A stretch of 64,000 bases of DNA from assembly GCF_002896855.1 (NCBI RefSeq), contig NZ_CP021850.1:209665-273664 (forward strand), in the 5' to 3' direction. The position numbers were made by a program, and so were the translations under genes. This DNA is from Clostridium thermosuccinogenes. GTDB lineage: Bacteria > Bacillota > Clostridia > Acetivibrionales > DSM-5807. The notes beneath the pieces are model-generated. The model was not told where the DNA came from. It did not search any database and saw only the letters and a list, made by a program, of their open reading frames with translations. Positions 26,489 to 36,482 of the stretch are shown here, one piece after another (positions within the stretch are counted from its first letter, which is position 1; each line of letters begins with the position of its first letter).

Positions 26489-28630
26489 GTGGTAATTCTG
26501 GTGGATGTGAAAATGAGATATTATAAGAGCTTCCTGATATTCAACCAGGAAGATGTGGGGTACGGAAGTGGCCAGACACCTTCGGGATATGTCAGGATAG
26601 AAGCGAGGGACGGCAAAGGCAAGCTTTCAGCCTCAGTCCAAAATTTGCGGGAAGAGCAGGGCAAGCTGATCTATAAATTGTACATACTGAGCTCCGACGG
26701 GAGAAGCATATATCCTGCATATGCAGGCATAATACCTCTTAAACGCGGCAGAGGAGAACTGCACTGGGAATTTGATCCCAAGAATGTAGCAGGAACAGGA
26801 AAGGCTGCAGATGCCTTTAACGCCGCCGTAGTGCTGGCAGAATACCCGGAAAGGGAAAGCCGGCAGATCATCTGCCCTCTGGCGGCATATAAGGATAAAA
26901 GGATAGCATGGCGGGAAAAGCTAAAAGGAATCATCTATGCCGACAAGGAAGCAAAGATTCAAACCACCGAAATCCAAAAAGGTTCGGGAGGTAAGGTACT
27001 TCATATCGAAGAAAAAATAACGGCTGAAAGGGAAAATATAAAGCAGGAAGGGAAAACTTCCTTTTATATGGCTGAAACCCGAAAGAAGGCGGAGGAAACA
27101 ACACCGAAGACGACGACCGATAGGAAAGGACCGGCTCTATCGCATACTGGGGTTCCGGCGCCTGAGGGGAGCATTTTTATAAAGGGAAAAGAGTCAACCC
27201 TACGAAAAGAAGAAGTGCCGCCGTATACTGGAACGATGGAGCATGAAGGGCGTCTTTCCGGAAAAGAAGAAAAGTCCTTCGTGGTGAAAGCAGTTCAGGA
27301 TGGATACGGTGAGGAAGCGCCGGACCGGGAGATGCTATCGGGTGAGCATGAAAAAGAGACCTGCGAATATGAAATGAAATCCGAAGGTTATGAATCAGCA
27401 GCCTACGGACGGGATGCGCAGGCTGAAAAGTTTGAGAATGACGCATCCGGACAAGAAAGACAGCAGTGTGAGTATGAGATAGAAGCCTCAGGGCAGGAAG
27501 GTCAACCGGAAGGATACGGGCAAAGAACTTATGGATGGGAAATACCGACAGATGAGGATGAGGGGGAATCTTCCGAACAGAATAAACAGCGGAACGGGTA
27601 CGGAGAAGAAGCACCCGGACAGGTAGGTCAGCCGGATGGATACAGGGAAGGAACCTCCGGATGGGATATGCAGAAGGAAGAGTATGAGGAGGGAACCTCC
27701 AAACAGGATAGGCAGTCGTATGAGTATGAGGGAGAAATATCCGGACAGGACAGCCAGCCGGGAGAATGCGGGGAAGGAGCCTCCAGGGCGGAAATATCGC
27801 TGAATGAAAATGGTGGTGAATCCCCTGAAGGGGAAGAAAGGCAATCAAACGGATATGGGAAGGAAGTGCCCGGACAGGGAAGGCAGACGAATGGATACAA
27901 GCAAGAGTTTCTTAGACCGGAAGCGGAATATGACAGAGAAAGGAAAACACCAGCTTCACCGGAGCAGAGAGGAGTAAAGGAAACTCCAGGGCATTCCGAA
28001 GAATCACCATACCATGCGTCATCACCGGAAGAGTATGGAAGGCTTGTGGACAGAAGCCTTAATGAAGAACTGTACGGCAAAGGAAATTTTGGTTTTAGTG
28101 GCTGCAGCGCTGCGGGGAATACAGTATGCCCTTTTCAGGCACCGGGAAGGAATTTTAACCAGTGCATCGGCTGCATAGGAGGGATGCCCCAAAAGCCGGC
28201 TGCCGTTAATGGAAAGCCTTCCGAAAGCAACTTTGAAAGCTTTAAAAATGCGCTGGACATGTATTTTGAAATATCCGACCCCTTTGGCAGTAAGAGAAAG
28301 GATTATAAATGGTGGAAGGTGAACAGTCCCGTTTATCTGAATAATATACTCTATCAGTACAATATACGCACTCCGCTGCTTTTTAATCCCTTGGTAATAA
28401 CCGCGAATTTCAAATACCGTCATTTGATCGTGGGAATATATACTGACAAAACAAGGTTCAGGGAATACATAGTATGCGGAGTACCAGGGATATATGGTAT
28501 TGACGAGAAGCCTTTCGGCGACATGTGCCGATGGGTGCAGTTGGAGGGCAGCAAGCCGAAATATGGAGCCTTTGGATACTGGCTCGTGTACATAGATCCG
28601 AAGACGGGAAAGTTCCTGCCGCTGAATTAA
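26489..28630 (+). CDS. hypothetical large protein: conserved N- and C-terminal domains flanking a ~300-aa acidic Gly/Tyr/Glu repeat region
   Basis: 713-aa uninterrupted ORF; the middle has degenerate (E)GYG(E/Q)EAP / GQ..Q..GY repeats; no recognisable catalytic motif; the start may be ATG 26513. Confidence 0.6.
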   Translation: MVILVDVKMRYYKSFLIFNQEDVGYGSGQTPSGYVRIEARDGKGKLSASVQNLREEQGKLIYKLYILSSDGRSIYPAYAGIIPLKRGRGELHWEFDPKNVAGTGKAADAFNAAVVLAEYPERESRQIICPLAAYKDKRIAWREKLKGIIYADKEAKIQTTEIQKGSGGKVLHIEEKITAERENIKQEGKTSFYMAETRKKAEETTPKTTTDRKGPALSHTGVPAPEGSIFIKGKESTLRKEEVPPYTGTMEHEGRLSGKEEKSFVVKAVQDGYGEEAPDREMLSGEHEKETCEYEMKSEGYESAAYGRDAQAEKFENDASGQERQQCEYEIEASGQEGQPEGYGQRTYGWEIPTDEDEGESSEQNKQRNGYGEEAPGQVGQPDGYREGTSGWDMQKEEYEEGTSKQDRQSYEYEGEISGQDSQPGECGEGASRAEISLNENGGESPEGEERQSNGYGKEVPGQGRQTNGYKQEFLRPEAEYDRERKTPASPEQRGVKETPGHSEESPYHASSPEEYGRLVDRSLNEELYGKGNFGFSGCSAAGNTVCPFQAPGRNFNQCIGCIGGMPQKPAAVNGKPSESNFESFKNALDMYFEISDPFGSKRKDYKWWKVNSPVYLNNILYQYNIRTPLLFNPLVITANFKYRHLIVGIYTDKTRFREYIVCGVPGIYGIDEKPFGDMCRWVQLEGSKPKYGAFGYWLVYIDPKTGKFLPLN

Positions 28631-28789
28631 TAGTATTCTGTCGCTGTGAACCGCCCATCAGGACACAAGATACCTTTATCCCACATGTTAAAATCAGAGG
28701 TGATTTTCCAATAGAGGGATTTCACTGTCGCCAATAAATCAGCTTGGGAGCTGGAGATCCCTTGATTTAAGGGTGAATTTTAAAAACGG

Positions 28790-28818
28790 CAGGAGCAATT
28801 AATGCTCCTGTGTTTTTT
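28790..28818 (+). terminator. rho-independent terminator
   Basis: CAGGAGCA-attaa-TGCTCCTG followed by TGTTTTTT. Confidence 0.7.
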
Positions 28819-28884
28819 ATCGACTTTTAATATAAACTGTGATATTTTAAAAGAGAAATCAGAGTTTAAAAGGAGGGAAGCCTT

Positions 28885-29232
28885 TTGAAAGATTTCCATG
28901 AGAGGGAGAAAAACGGTTGGGCTTGCCTTACCACGGTATCCAACGATATAGAATTCAACATATTGAAAGGCTTGCTCGAAACAGCCGATATACCTGCCAT
29001 AAAAAAAGTGGAAGGCCTCGATGGACTGGCTGAGATCATCACCGGTGCTCCTTTGACAGGAATTGAGGTATGGGTGCCAACTGACAGGTTTGATGAGGCG
29101 ATGCAGCTTTTGCAGTCCGGTGCAATAGATGAAGAGGAGTCAAAACCCGGAGTGGAAGCCGAAGAAGGTACGAAATCGGACGAAGGTAATGAATCAGACC
29201 AAGGAAAACCCGATGGTGCAGATGCGGAATAG
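28885..29232 (+). CDS. DUF2007-like small protein with acidic C-terminal tail
   Basis: TTG start after an AAAGGAGGGAAG SD; 115 aa; N-terminal ~75 aa resemble the DUF2007 fold family. Confidence 0.55.
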   Translation: MKDFHEREKNGWACLTTVSNDIEFNILKGLLETADIPAIKKVEGLDGLAEIITGAPLTGIEVWVPTDRFDEAMQLLQSGAIDEEESKPGVEAEEGTKSDEGNESDQGKPDGADAE

Positions 29233-29618
29233 ATGAAGGCGAAAAATCAAGCGAAGGAAAGAAAACGAATGTGGATGTAAGATGAACGAAGGCGAGGAAT
29301 CGGACAAAGGCATGAAATCAGATGGGGAAACAGGGCAGGCTAAAACGAAGGATGAGCGAAGGCATGGAATCGAATGGGGAAGCAAGATAGATTAAGTAAA
29401 TAAATGGATTAAGGTATGGATTAAGATGTAATGCAGGATAGATGAAGATGCTAAACATGATATAGGTACAAAGTTTTGATTAAAGCATGGAATCTGATAG
29501 ATAGTAAAGAGCAGTTATTGACATCCTCTCATATAAAGTGTATTATAAAGATACATAGAGTTGAACACTACATTATATAGATTATAAATACCTAGATTAT
29601 AGAGAGGATGATATAGTT

Positions 29619-30197
29619 GTGAAAGATTTCAGTAAGGAACGGCTGCTCAATCTTGCGAATGAGATAATAGAAAAGGACGACCAGGTGAAAATTGCCACAT
29701 TAAGTGATGAACTTACCATATCCCAGGTTGTAAAATTCTTTGAAAAGCAGGGAAGGAGCTTTACCAAGACCATGATTCAAAATTACGTAAGAGTTGGTGT
29801 TCTCCCTCCCCCTATTGACAAAAGATATTATACAAAAAACCACCTTATTATGCTGACATTGATCGACAATCTGAAAAACATATACTCTCTGGATGAGATA
29901 AAAACCGTTTTAGAGCCGATACGCAACAATCCCGACATCTTTGAAGATGACATAATAGATACTTCCAATGTATATAAGAATTATCTCACCATGAGGAAGG
30001 AAGCTTTTAACAAGTGGAAGGAATCCTTGCCACACCTGATAGACAAGGTGGATGACCTGTTGCAGGAGAACAGCGTAAAAGATAATGATAAGGACAAGGC
30101 TATGGCCTTCATGATTGCTCTTACCATAATGGCGGAGACTATAGCCCTTAAGGATATGACAGGCTCTATCATCCGGGAATATATAAAGCAAGGGTAA
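29619..30197 (+). CDS. DUF1836 domain protein
   Basis: 192 aa; GTG start; conserved FTKTMIQNYVRVGVLPPP segment typical of DUF1836. Confidence 0.6.
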   Translation: MKDFSKERLLNLANEIIEKDDQVKIATLSDELTISQVVKFFEKQGRSFTKTMIQNYVRVGVLPPPIDKRYYTKNHLIMLTLIDNLKNIYSLDEIKTVLEPIRNNPDIFEDDIIDTSNVYKNYLTMRKEAFNKWKESLPHLIDKVDDLLQENSVKDNDKDKAMAFMIALTIMAETIALKDMTGSIIREYIKQG

Positions 30198-30208
30198 ATT
30201 TTGTGAAA

Positions 30209-30252
30209 GCAGCATGCAGTTGAAGGAAATGTTCAATTGCATGCTGTTTTTG
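30209..30252 (+). terminator. rho-independent terminator
   Basis: GCAGCATGCAGTTGAA-ggaaatg-TTCAATTGCATGCTG followed by TTTTTG. Confidence 0.75.
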
Positions 30253-30627
30253 CATATTTGGGCATGGTCCAGATAGGAGCAGGGATTGGCTCACACTACT
30301 GTACTTGCCAGAGAAACTTAGGAAAAAGCAGAAAACGCGCGATATTGCATGATAATTTGCTATAATTGCCAATGTTATATCTTTCACAATTCAGTCAGCA
30401 CTTGTTATTGTTAAAGATATACTGTAATATAGATAGTGTTACAACAGTATACATATCATAGAGTAAAACACAACATAATGCAATCGCCAGTGCCGGGTGG
30501 CTTCAAAGCAGTATATTGTACTTGATGTTCCCACAAACTCTGGTATAATTGGTTTAAGGAAGGCAGAAATCCTTGCCCGGGACAGCAGTATGTGATTCCG
30601 GAAAAATGAATTTTAGGAGGTGAAATT

Positions 30628-31245
30628 GTGCTTTACGTATATATCGGATGCTTCACTTTCGGAATGTTGTACTCCCTCATATCTGCGGTTCTGGGAGGAG
30701 ACGGAGCAGATGGGGGTGCTGACGGCATAGACTTGGATGTTGATGCCGGCGGTGATGGCGTCGATATACCTTCCCCATTGAACCCGTTGGTTATTGCCAG
30801 CGCAATAACTGCGTTTGGAGCGGCAGGACTGATTGCAAAGCTGAGCTTTAAGCTTAGCGACATGGTAAGTTCGCTTTTAGCGTTAGGTTTTGCAGGGTTG
30901 ATCGGGGCTGTGATATTTTTTGGAGTAGTAAAGCTGATGTACGGCGCTCAGTCCAATTCCACCTTTTCCATGGAGGATTTGATAGGTATTGAGGCAGAAG
31001 TGATAACACCCCTCCCAAGCAATGGACTGGGTGAGATAGCATACATAATGAACGGAGTAAGGTACAATATGACCGCCAAATCTGCATACCAAAAAGAAAT
31101 ACCAAGAGGAGAAAAAGTCATTGTGAAAGAGATTGCGGGAAATGTTGCTGTTGTAACACAGAAAGTCACAATAGATGAAGTGGACGGAATGGTAGAAGAC
31201 ATGGCAGACAGAAAGACCAGGCGTAAGATGGGCGAGGGGCAGTAA
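30628..31245 (+). CDS. NfeD-like membrane protein (YuaF-like)
   Basis: GTG start after AGGAGGTG; N-terminal TM helices, Asp/Gly-rich linker, C-terminal OB-fold-like beta domain; precedes the flotillin gene as in the B. subtilis yuaF-floT operon. Confidence 0.65.
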   Translation: MLYVYIGCFTFGMLYSLISAVLGGDGADGGADGIDLDVDAGGDGVDIPSPLNPLVIASAITAFGAAGLIAKLSFKLSDMVSSLLALGFAGLIGAVIFFGVVKLMYGAQSNSTFSMEDLIGIEAEVITPLPSNGLGEIAYIMNGVRYNMTAKSAYQKEIPRGEKVIVKEIAGNVAVVTQKVTIDEVDGMVEDMADRKTRRKMGEGQ

Positions 31246-31280
31246 ATGCCAAATAAAAACAAACAAAGGAGGTATTCTGT

Positions 31281-32720
31281 ATGAACGGTTTTGCAGGTGG
31301 AATAGTATTCATAATTGTTGCAGCTTTAGTTGCAGTCTTGTTTTTGCTGATATCGGTTTTCGTGAGCAGGTATGTAAAAGTCGGACCTGATGAAGCTCTT
31401 ATAGTTTCAGGCCGCAAAAAGAAGCTTGCCAATGGTCAGGTGGTTGGATTCAGGATAGTACGGGGTGGCGCCACCTTTGTATGGCCTATTTTTGAAACGG
31501 CCAAAACAATTTCCCTGAGGATTATGCCCCTGGATGTCAACTCCAGTGCTTACACTTCCCAGGGCGTGCAGGTTACGGTAGATGGTGTTGCTCAGGTCAA
31601 GATAGACTCTTCTTATGAGATGATCGCTACGGCAGCAGAGCAGTTCCTCAGCCTCAAGGATGAGGAAATAAGAAGGATAGCTACCCAGACCATGGAAGGC
31701 CACCTCCGCTCCATAGTAGGTAACCTTACAGTGGAAGAAATCAACCAGAACAGGGATGCTTTTGCCCAGAAGGTGCAGGAATTGGCTGCAGCAGACCTGT
31801 CAAACATGGGCTTGAAGATCATATCCTTTACCATCAGGGAAATATCCGATAAGAATGGATACTTGGAGAGCCTTGGTAAAGCGCAGATTGCAAGAGTTCA
31901 GAGGGATGCCATCATAGGCCAGGCAGAAGCGAAGAGGGATGCTGATATAAAGAGCGCCGAGGCTTCTCAGGCCGGGCAGACGGCAAAATATCTCGCAGAG
32001 ACCAAGATAGCCGAAGCCAACAGGGACAAAGAAATACTGTTAGCCGATTATCAGGCCGATATAAATGCAAAGAAAGCCGAAGCAGATCTGTCCTACGACA
32101 GAAAGAGGTTTGTGCTGGAGCAGGATGTACAGAAGGAAGCAATGCAGGTTGAAATAGTAAAGAAACAGAAGGAGATAGAGCTCCAGGAACAGGAAACCAT
32201 AAGGAAGGAAAAGGAACTGGAGGCTACTGTCATCAAACCTGCCGAGGCTGAAAAAATCAGAACGGAAACCCAGGCTGAAGCAGACCGTGTAAGAAAGTCC
32301 AAGGAAGCTGAAGCAGAATCTTACGCCATCAAAGCTGAAGGTCTTGCAAAGGCTGAAGCCATCAGGGCAGCAGGTCTTGCAGAAGCGGAAATCATCAAGG
32401 CGAAGGGTGAAGCCGAAGCCCAGGCTATGATTAAGAAGGCGGAAGCATACAAGATGTTCAACAATGCCGCTATGGCTCACATGATGATAGAAAAGCTGCC
32501 TGAAATCGCAGCGGCTATTGCTCAGCCTCTGTCCAAGACTGAAAAGATCGTCATGATCGGGGATTCCGGAGCATCTAAGCTTACAAAGGATGTGACCAAC
32601 ATCCTGGCAGAGCTTCCGGAAACAGTTAAAGGGCTTACAGGAATAGATCTGGCAGGAATTATTAAGAGCTATGCAAGTGCAGCAGGAAGCGTAACGGTAG
32701 AGAATCCGAGTGATAATTAA
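31281..32720 (+). CDS. floT: flotillin (SPFH/band-7 family) with Ala/Glu-rich coiled-coil tail
   Basis: N-terminal TM, SPFH domain, long EA-rich repeat region (AEAEAIRAAGLAEAEIIKAKGEAEAQ). Confidence 0.85.
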   Translation: MNGFAGGIVFIIVAALVAVLFLLISVFVSRYVKVGPDEALIVSGRKKKLANGQVVGFRIVRGGATFVWPIFETAKTISLRIMPLDVNSSAYTSQGVQVTVDGVAQVKIDSSYEMIATAAEQFLSLKDEEIRRIATQTMEGHLRSIVGNLTVEEINQNRDAFAQKVQELAAADLSNMGLKIISFTIREISDKNGYLESLGKAQIARVQRDAIIGQAEAKRDADIKSAEASQAGQTAKYLAETKIAEANRDKEILLADYQADINAKKAEADLSYDRKRFVLEQDVQKEAMQVEIVKKQKEIELQEQETIRKEKELEATVIKPAEAEKIRTETQAEADRVRKSKEAEAESYAIKAEGLAKAEAIRAAGLAEAEIIKAKGEAEAQAMIKKAEAYKMFNNAAMAHMMIEKLPEIAAAIAQPLSKTEKIVMIGDSGASKLTKDVTNILAELPETVKGLTGIDLAGIIKSYASAAGSVTVENPSDN

Positions 32721-32727
32721 GAAAAAA

Positions 32728-32764
32728 ATCGGGATTGGAATGACCCAATCCCGATTTTTTAATT
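32728..32764. terminator. bidirectional rho-independent terminator between the convergent floT and minus-strand operon
   Basis: AATCGGGATTGG-aatgac-CCAATCCCGATT flanked by A-run and T-run. Confidence 0.8.
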
Positions 32765-32794
32765 TTCTACTTATAATACTTCTCATATTAAAGG

Positions 32795-33496
32795 TTATGA
32801 TATTTTACCTACAGCGCTGCAATAAAATTCCACTGAAGCTCTCAAGTCGTACCAGGTCATGCCGCTATACTCAACATACCCTTGTGCCGCTACATAATAA
32901 GTGCGGCCACCGTCAATTATGCTATCATCTATAAAGTTGCTATACCAGGTATAACCGGATGTTGCGGACTTGATGCTGCTAACATAGCTTTGACTGGAAA
33001 TCAACTGTCTGTCATGGAAATCGCTGTAATAGGTTTCGACTTTAGCAGTTATGTCAATTTTTACGCTTTTTGTGCCCACTGTTACATAATCGCTCTTTGT
33101 AACGGTCTGATAAGCCATTGGACTTATTTCTCTTGAATTTATTTTTTCTAACTTTTTGGCATACTCTTCTGCCGTCATAGCATTAGAGCTATTCAGTTTT
33201 GGTTCGGGATTATGCCATTTTGATTCTCCCAAAGCTTTAAGGGTAGCCTTGAATTCATCGATGGGAGCTGCAGTAGAGAAATCAAATTCTTCAAAAGGCT
33301 TGAGTTCAATTCTGGCATTGTACTTTTCTTTTGCTTCTTCTACGGCTGCCCGGTACTGTTCATAGAGCTCTTTTTTATCTAAGGTGGCATTATCAGGTGC
33401 TGCAAAAACTGTTGTGGCTATTGAAAATATCATTGCTATTGCCAGTGTATAGCTAAGGATTTTTTTCCTTATAGATAACATATTCTTAACCTCCAT
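32795..33496 (-). CDS. hypothetical secreted protein
   Basis: signal peptide MLSIRKKILSYTLAIAMIFSIATTVFA; its start overlaps the stop of the upstream anti-sigma gene. Confidence 0.6.
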   Translation of the reverse strand: MEVKNMLSIRKKILSYTLAIAMIFSIATTVFAAPDNATLDKKELYEQYRAAVEEAKEKYNARIELKPFEEFDFSTAAPIDEFKATLKALGESKWHNPEPKLNSSNAMTAEEYAKKLEKINSREISPMAYQTVTKSDYVTVGTKSVKIDITAKVETYYSDFHDRQLISSQSYVSSIKSATSGYTWYSNFIDDSIIDGGRTYYVAAQGYVEYSGMTWYDLRASVEFYCSAVGKIS

Positions 33497-34391
33497 ACAT
33501 AGAATCTATAATTTTTTTCATTTCCTCGACCGTGATATCACCGTTGATGCTATAAGTTATGTTCAAATTGCTCCATACTGCCTGGGCCTGACTAATATTT
33601 TTCATAATGTAATACTTAATGCCGTTTTTCTCATAAACCTGAACCGGGCTGTCATCCTTTTCAAAGGCAGCGTCCAGTTGTGCTCCATTGCCTCCATTAA
33701 AAATGGTAAAATCAAAAATGATTATTTTATTTGCATTGTCCATATAATGCAAAAGCACATTTGTGCTGTCTTTTCTGATAAACCTCTCGGCATACTTAAA
33801 AGCAAATCCTTCGGGAACCCACTCCGGCAAGCTGGGTTTTGATTCAATATCTGCAAAAGTCTTCTCGATGCTGTTGAAAATTTCACTATGGGCTATGTTC
33901 CCAGTGCCTTCAAAATCACTGCTTTCCTGTTCTAACAGTTGACTTTGGATGGATATATTAAATGTATCCTTCCCCCAGCGTACCGTCATCTGTATCAGAT
34001 TATAACCCAAGGCATTGGCTACAAAGGATGTTGCAAAAAGAACCAGGACCAGGCAGGCTGCAATTTGAGCCGATAATTTCCTGAGCCGTCGCCTATGTTG
34101 AGCCTTATGCCATTCTTTATACCTGCGGTCGATATTTTGCCGCATGGCTTGAATTTTTTCCTCAGGTATATGCTGTTCATCACCTTCCATCATGCCAATG
34201 GTTTTTACACATTCGTCAATAAAGTCGGTATCCATATGCTCTTCATCCACTAATGAAGCTTCGTACAGCATTCGATACAGTTTATCCCTGACAGCAGCAT
34301 CATCCTCCTTTTCTGAAAGGATTTCTTTGATAATATCTTTATTATTGTCTTTTTCATTGGGGCAGTGGGGCTTATCCACTTTAGGTTCCAT
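33486..34391 (-). CDS. putative anti-sigma factor, single-pass membrane protein with C-terminal DUF4367-like domain
   Basis: start set at MEPKVDKP after a GAAAGGAGAAG SD; central TM (IAACLVLVLFATSFVANAL); extracytoplasmic C-terminal domain. Confidence 0.6.
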   Translation of the reverse strand: MEPKVDKPHCPNEKDNNKDIIKEILSEKEDDAAVRDKLYRMLYEASLVDEEHMDTDFIDECVKTIGMMEGDEQHIPEEKIQAMRQNIDRRYKEWHKAQHRRRLRKLSAQIAACLVLVLFATSFVANALGYNLIQMTVRWGKDTFNISIQSQLLEQESSDFEGTGNIAHSEIFNSIEKTFADIESKPSLPEWVPEGFAFKYAERFIRKDSTNVLLHYMDNANKIIIFDFTIFNGGNGAQLDAAFEKDDSPVQVYEKNGIKYYIMKNISQAQAVWSNLNITYSINGDITVEEMKKIIDSMYGG

Positions 34392-34595
34392 TGAACTTCT
34401 CCTTTCTAAAACCTCTACTATATACATTGCACATGTCGAGCAAAATCACATTATTTTTTGAAAATTTTTATAATCAGGTATCCAAAAAGCATTCAAAGAC
34501 GATGCTTTAAATTTTTTTAGCACGGCTAAAGTTTTCCTTCGATTTTTCTTCCGGTTTGTGTATGTGATTGGATATAGCTTTATCCATGTTAGCTT

Positions 34596-35627
34596 TTACT
34601 TAAATATAATTTCGTTATATCTATCAGGACATATTTCTTTTATTAACGGCCGTACAACCATATCAGCCGCTATCTTTAGCCTTTCTTTGTCTATGTTATC
34701 GACATTGTCTTCCGGAGTGTGTATTTCAAAGCTTGTATCAATCTGGCCTATGGTCAGTGAAGCAATTCCTGCCTGAGCAAAAGTGAAATGGTCGCTTAAA
34801 GGAGCTATTCCGATTTCCAAGTCTTTATTCTCATCAATTCCTGTTATTATGCTCGTTGCATGGTTTATTTTTCCGTCGATGGTTAATAGACGAGGATCAT
34901 CGGGCCCTTTTCCAGCAAGAGTATCCAGGTTTATATTTGCTTTTATCCGCTTCAACTCATTTTCACTCAAACTTTTTACATAGTACCGGGAGCCATAAAG
35001 CGCATTTTCTTCGCCTCCAAAGAGTATAAAGCGTATTTCTTTATTGCTGGGCAGGTTTTTTATTAGCTTTGCAATTTCAAGGAGAACAGCAACACCTGAA
35101 CCATTATCGTTTGCACCGGGTGAGTTTTCTGAGCTGTCATAATGAGCACTGATGATAATGATGCTGCTGTCTTCATAATCTGAATCTGCCTTTTTCACGG
35201 CAATCAAGTTTTGGCTGTCTCCATCTTTTCTATCTCCGTTAATATCCCAAAAGGCATCATGATTAAATGCGCTTAAGGTTGCGGTTTCGTATGGGAAAGT
35301 TTGTACATGCACTTCGTATCCGTATGAGCTTAAAGTTTCCTCAAGAAAGCAACAAGCGTTTTTTTCTTCTGAAGAACCAACCGGTCGTGCACTTTTGCAT
35401 AGAGTATTGATAGTTTCCATCATATCTTCTATGCTTGGGATTATAGATATTTCGGAAGAGCTTGCCTTATCATCATGGGATTGAGTTTCTTGCTGCAGGG
35501 ATTGCTTGTCCATTGCTTGTTCGATTTGATTTGATGGGCTTACTGTATCGCAAGCAGTAATTGCTATGGATATTGCAAGAAGGCATATGATGATTTTACA
35601 TATAGTTTTTGATTGATTGGGCTTCAT
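34596..35627 (-). CDS. M28 family zinc aminopeptidase lipoprotein
   Basis: lipobox LLAISIAITAC; M28 metal-ligand pattern (SAHYDS...NDNGSGVAV...FGGEE). Confidence 0.8.
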   Translation of the reverse strand: MKPNQSKTICKIIICLLAISIAITACDTVSPSNQIEQAMDKQSLQQETQSHDDKASSSEISIIPSIEDMMETINTLCKSARPVGSSEEKNACCFLEETLSSYGYEVHVQTFPYETATLSAFNHDAFWDINGDRKDGDSQNLIAVKKADSDYEDSSIIIISAHYDSSENSPGANDNGSGVAVLLEIAKLIKNLPSNKEIRFILFGGEENALYGSRYYVKSLSENELKRIKANINLDTLAGKGPDDPRLLTIDGKINHATSIITGIDENKDLEIGIAPLSDHFTFAQAGIASLTIGQIDTSFEIHTPEDNVDNIDKERLKIAADMVVRPLIKEICPDRYNEIIFK

Positions 35628-35903
35628 TTCTATAAATAACCTCCAAGAATTTTATTTAAATGGATAGTATACAACATTATTATTTGCTTTAAATTTAATA
35701 AAGCTATTATTGTAGGTAAATAACAAGGGATTATCTCAACGTATTTGCCTGCTATCCGGCCAGTTTACCATCCCTATCAATGGCAGGCTATCATTTATAA
35801 CCGTTACTACTATGTGTAAAGCCTACGATATAAAAAATAGCTTTCTCCATAAATAACATTGCACAAGTTATGCAAAATCACATGCTTTAATTTGTTTGCA
35901 TAA

Positions 35904-36482
35904 TCAGTTATCCATAAAATATTCACGGACGATGTTTTTAATTTTCTTTTTCAACCGGTATATCCTTGTCGTTGTAGCTGTGGCCGATATGCCGTATTTC
36001 CTGGAGAGGTCGGAAACAGAAGCTTTATTTACAAAGTAATCCACATACAGATCATGTTCGCTGGGTGTGAGCTTTTGCAGTATTTCTGCGCTTAATTTGT
36101 CCAAATCCGCAGCGCTGCTAAAAAGTTCCTCCAAATTTATCTCCGGTTCGCATATGCAATTGGAAAAAGCATCATCCATACTGACTTCATGCTTTCTTTT
36201 TATGTACATGCTTCTGTATGAGCTATTGATCAGATTTCTTGCGGTAGTGTACAGCCAGCCTTCAACATTGGGGTGGTTTCTTAATTTTGAGATTTGCTTC
36301 CGGGCTTCCAAAAAAGTGTTCTGGGTGCATTCCTCAACAAAGTCCATAAATTGCTCCTGTCCCTTGACCAGCCTTTTACAGTAAAAATATATCCGCTCAA
36401 AATATTTGGTGCAGAGCGACTCATAAAAAGCATCATCATTGTTAAACTTTATCTTTAGTATATAAATCCCTCCTAATGACAA
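35904..36482 (-). CDS. ECF-type sigma-70 family RNA polymerase sigma factor
   Basis: region 2 (DDAFYESLCTKYFERIYFYCKRLV...TQNTFLEA) and region 4 HTH (SVSDLSRKYGISATATTTRIYRLKKKI); start uncertain (TTG, no clear SD). Confidence 0.75.
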   Translation of the reverse strand: MSLGGIYILKIKFNNDDAFYESLCTKYFERIYFYCKRLVKGQEQFMDFVEECTQNTFLEARKQISKLRNHPNVEGWLYTTARNLINSSYRSMYIKRKHEVSMDDAFSNCICEPEINLEELFSSAADLDKLSAEILQKLTPSEHDLYVDYFVNKASVSDLSRKYGISATATTTRIYRLKKKIKNIVREYFMDN

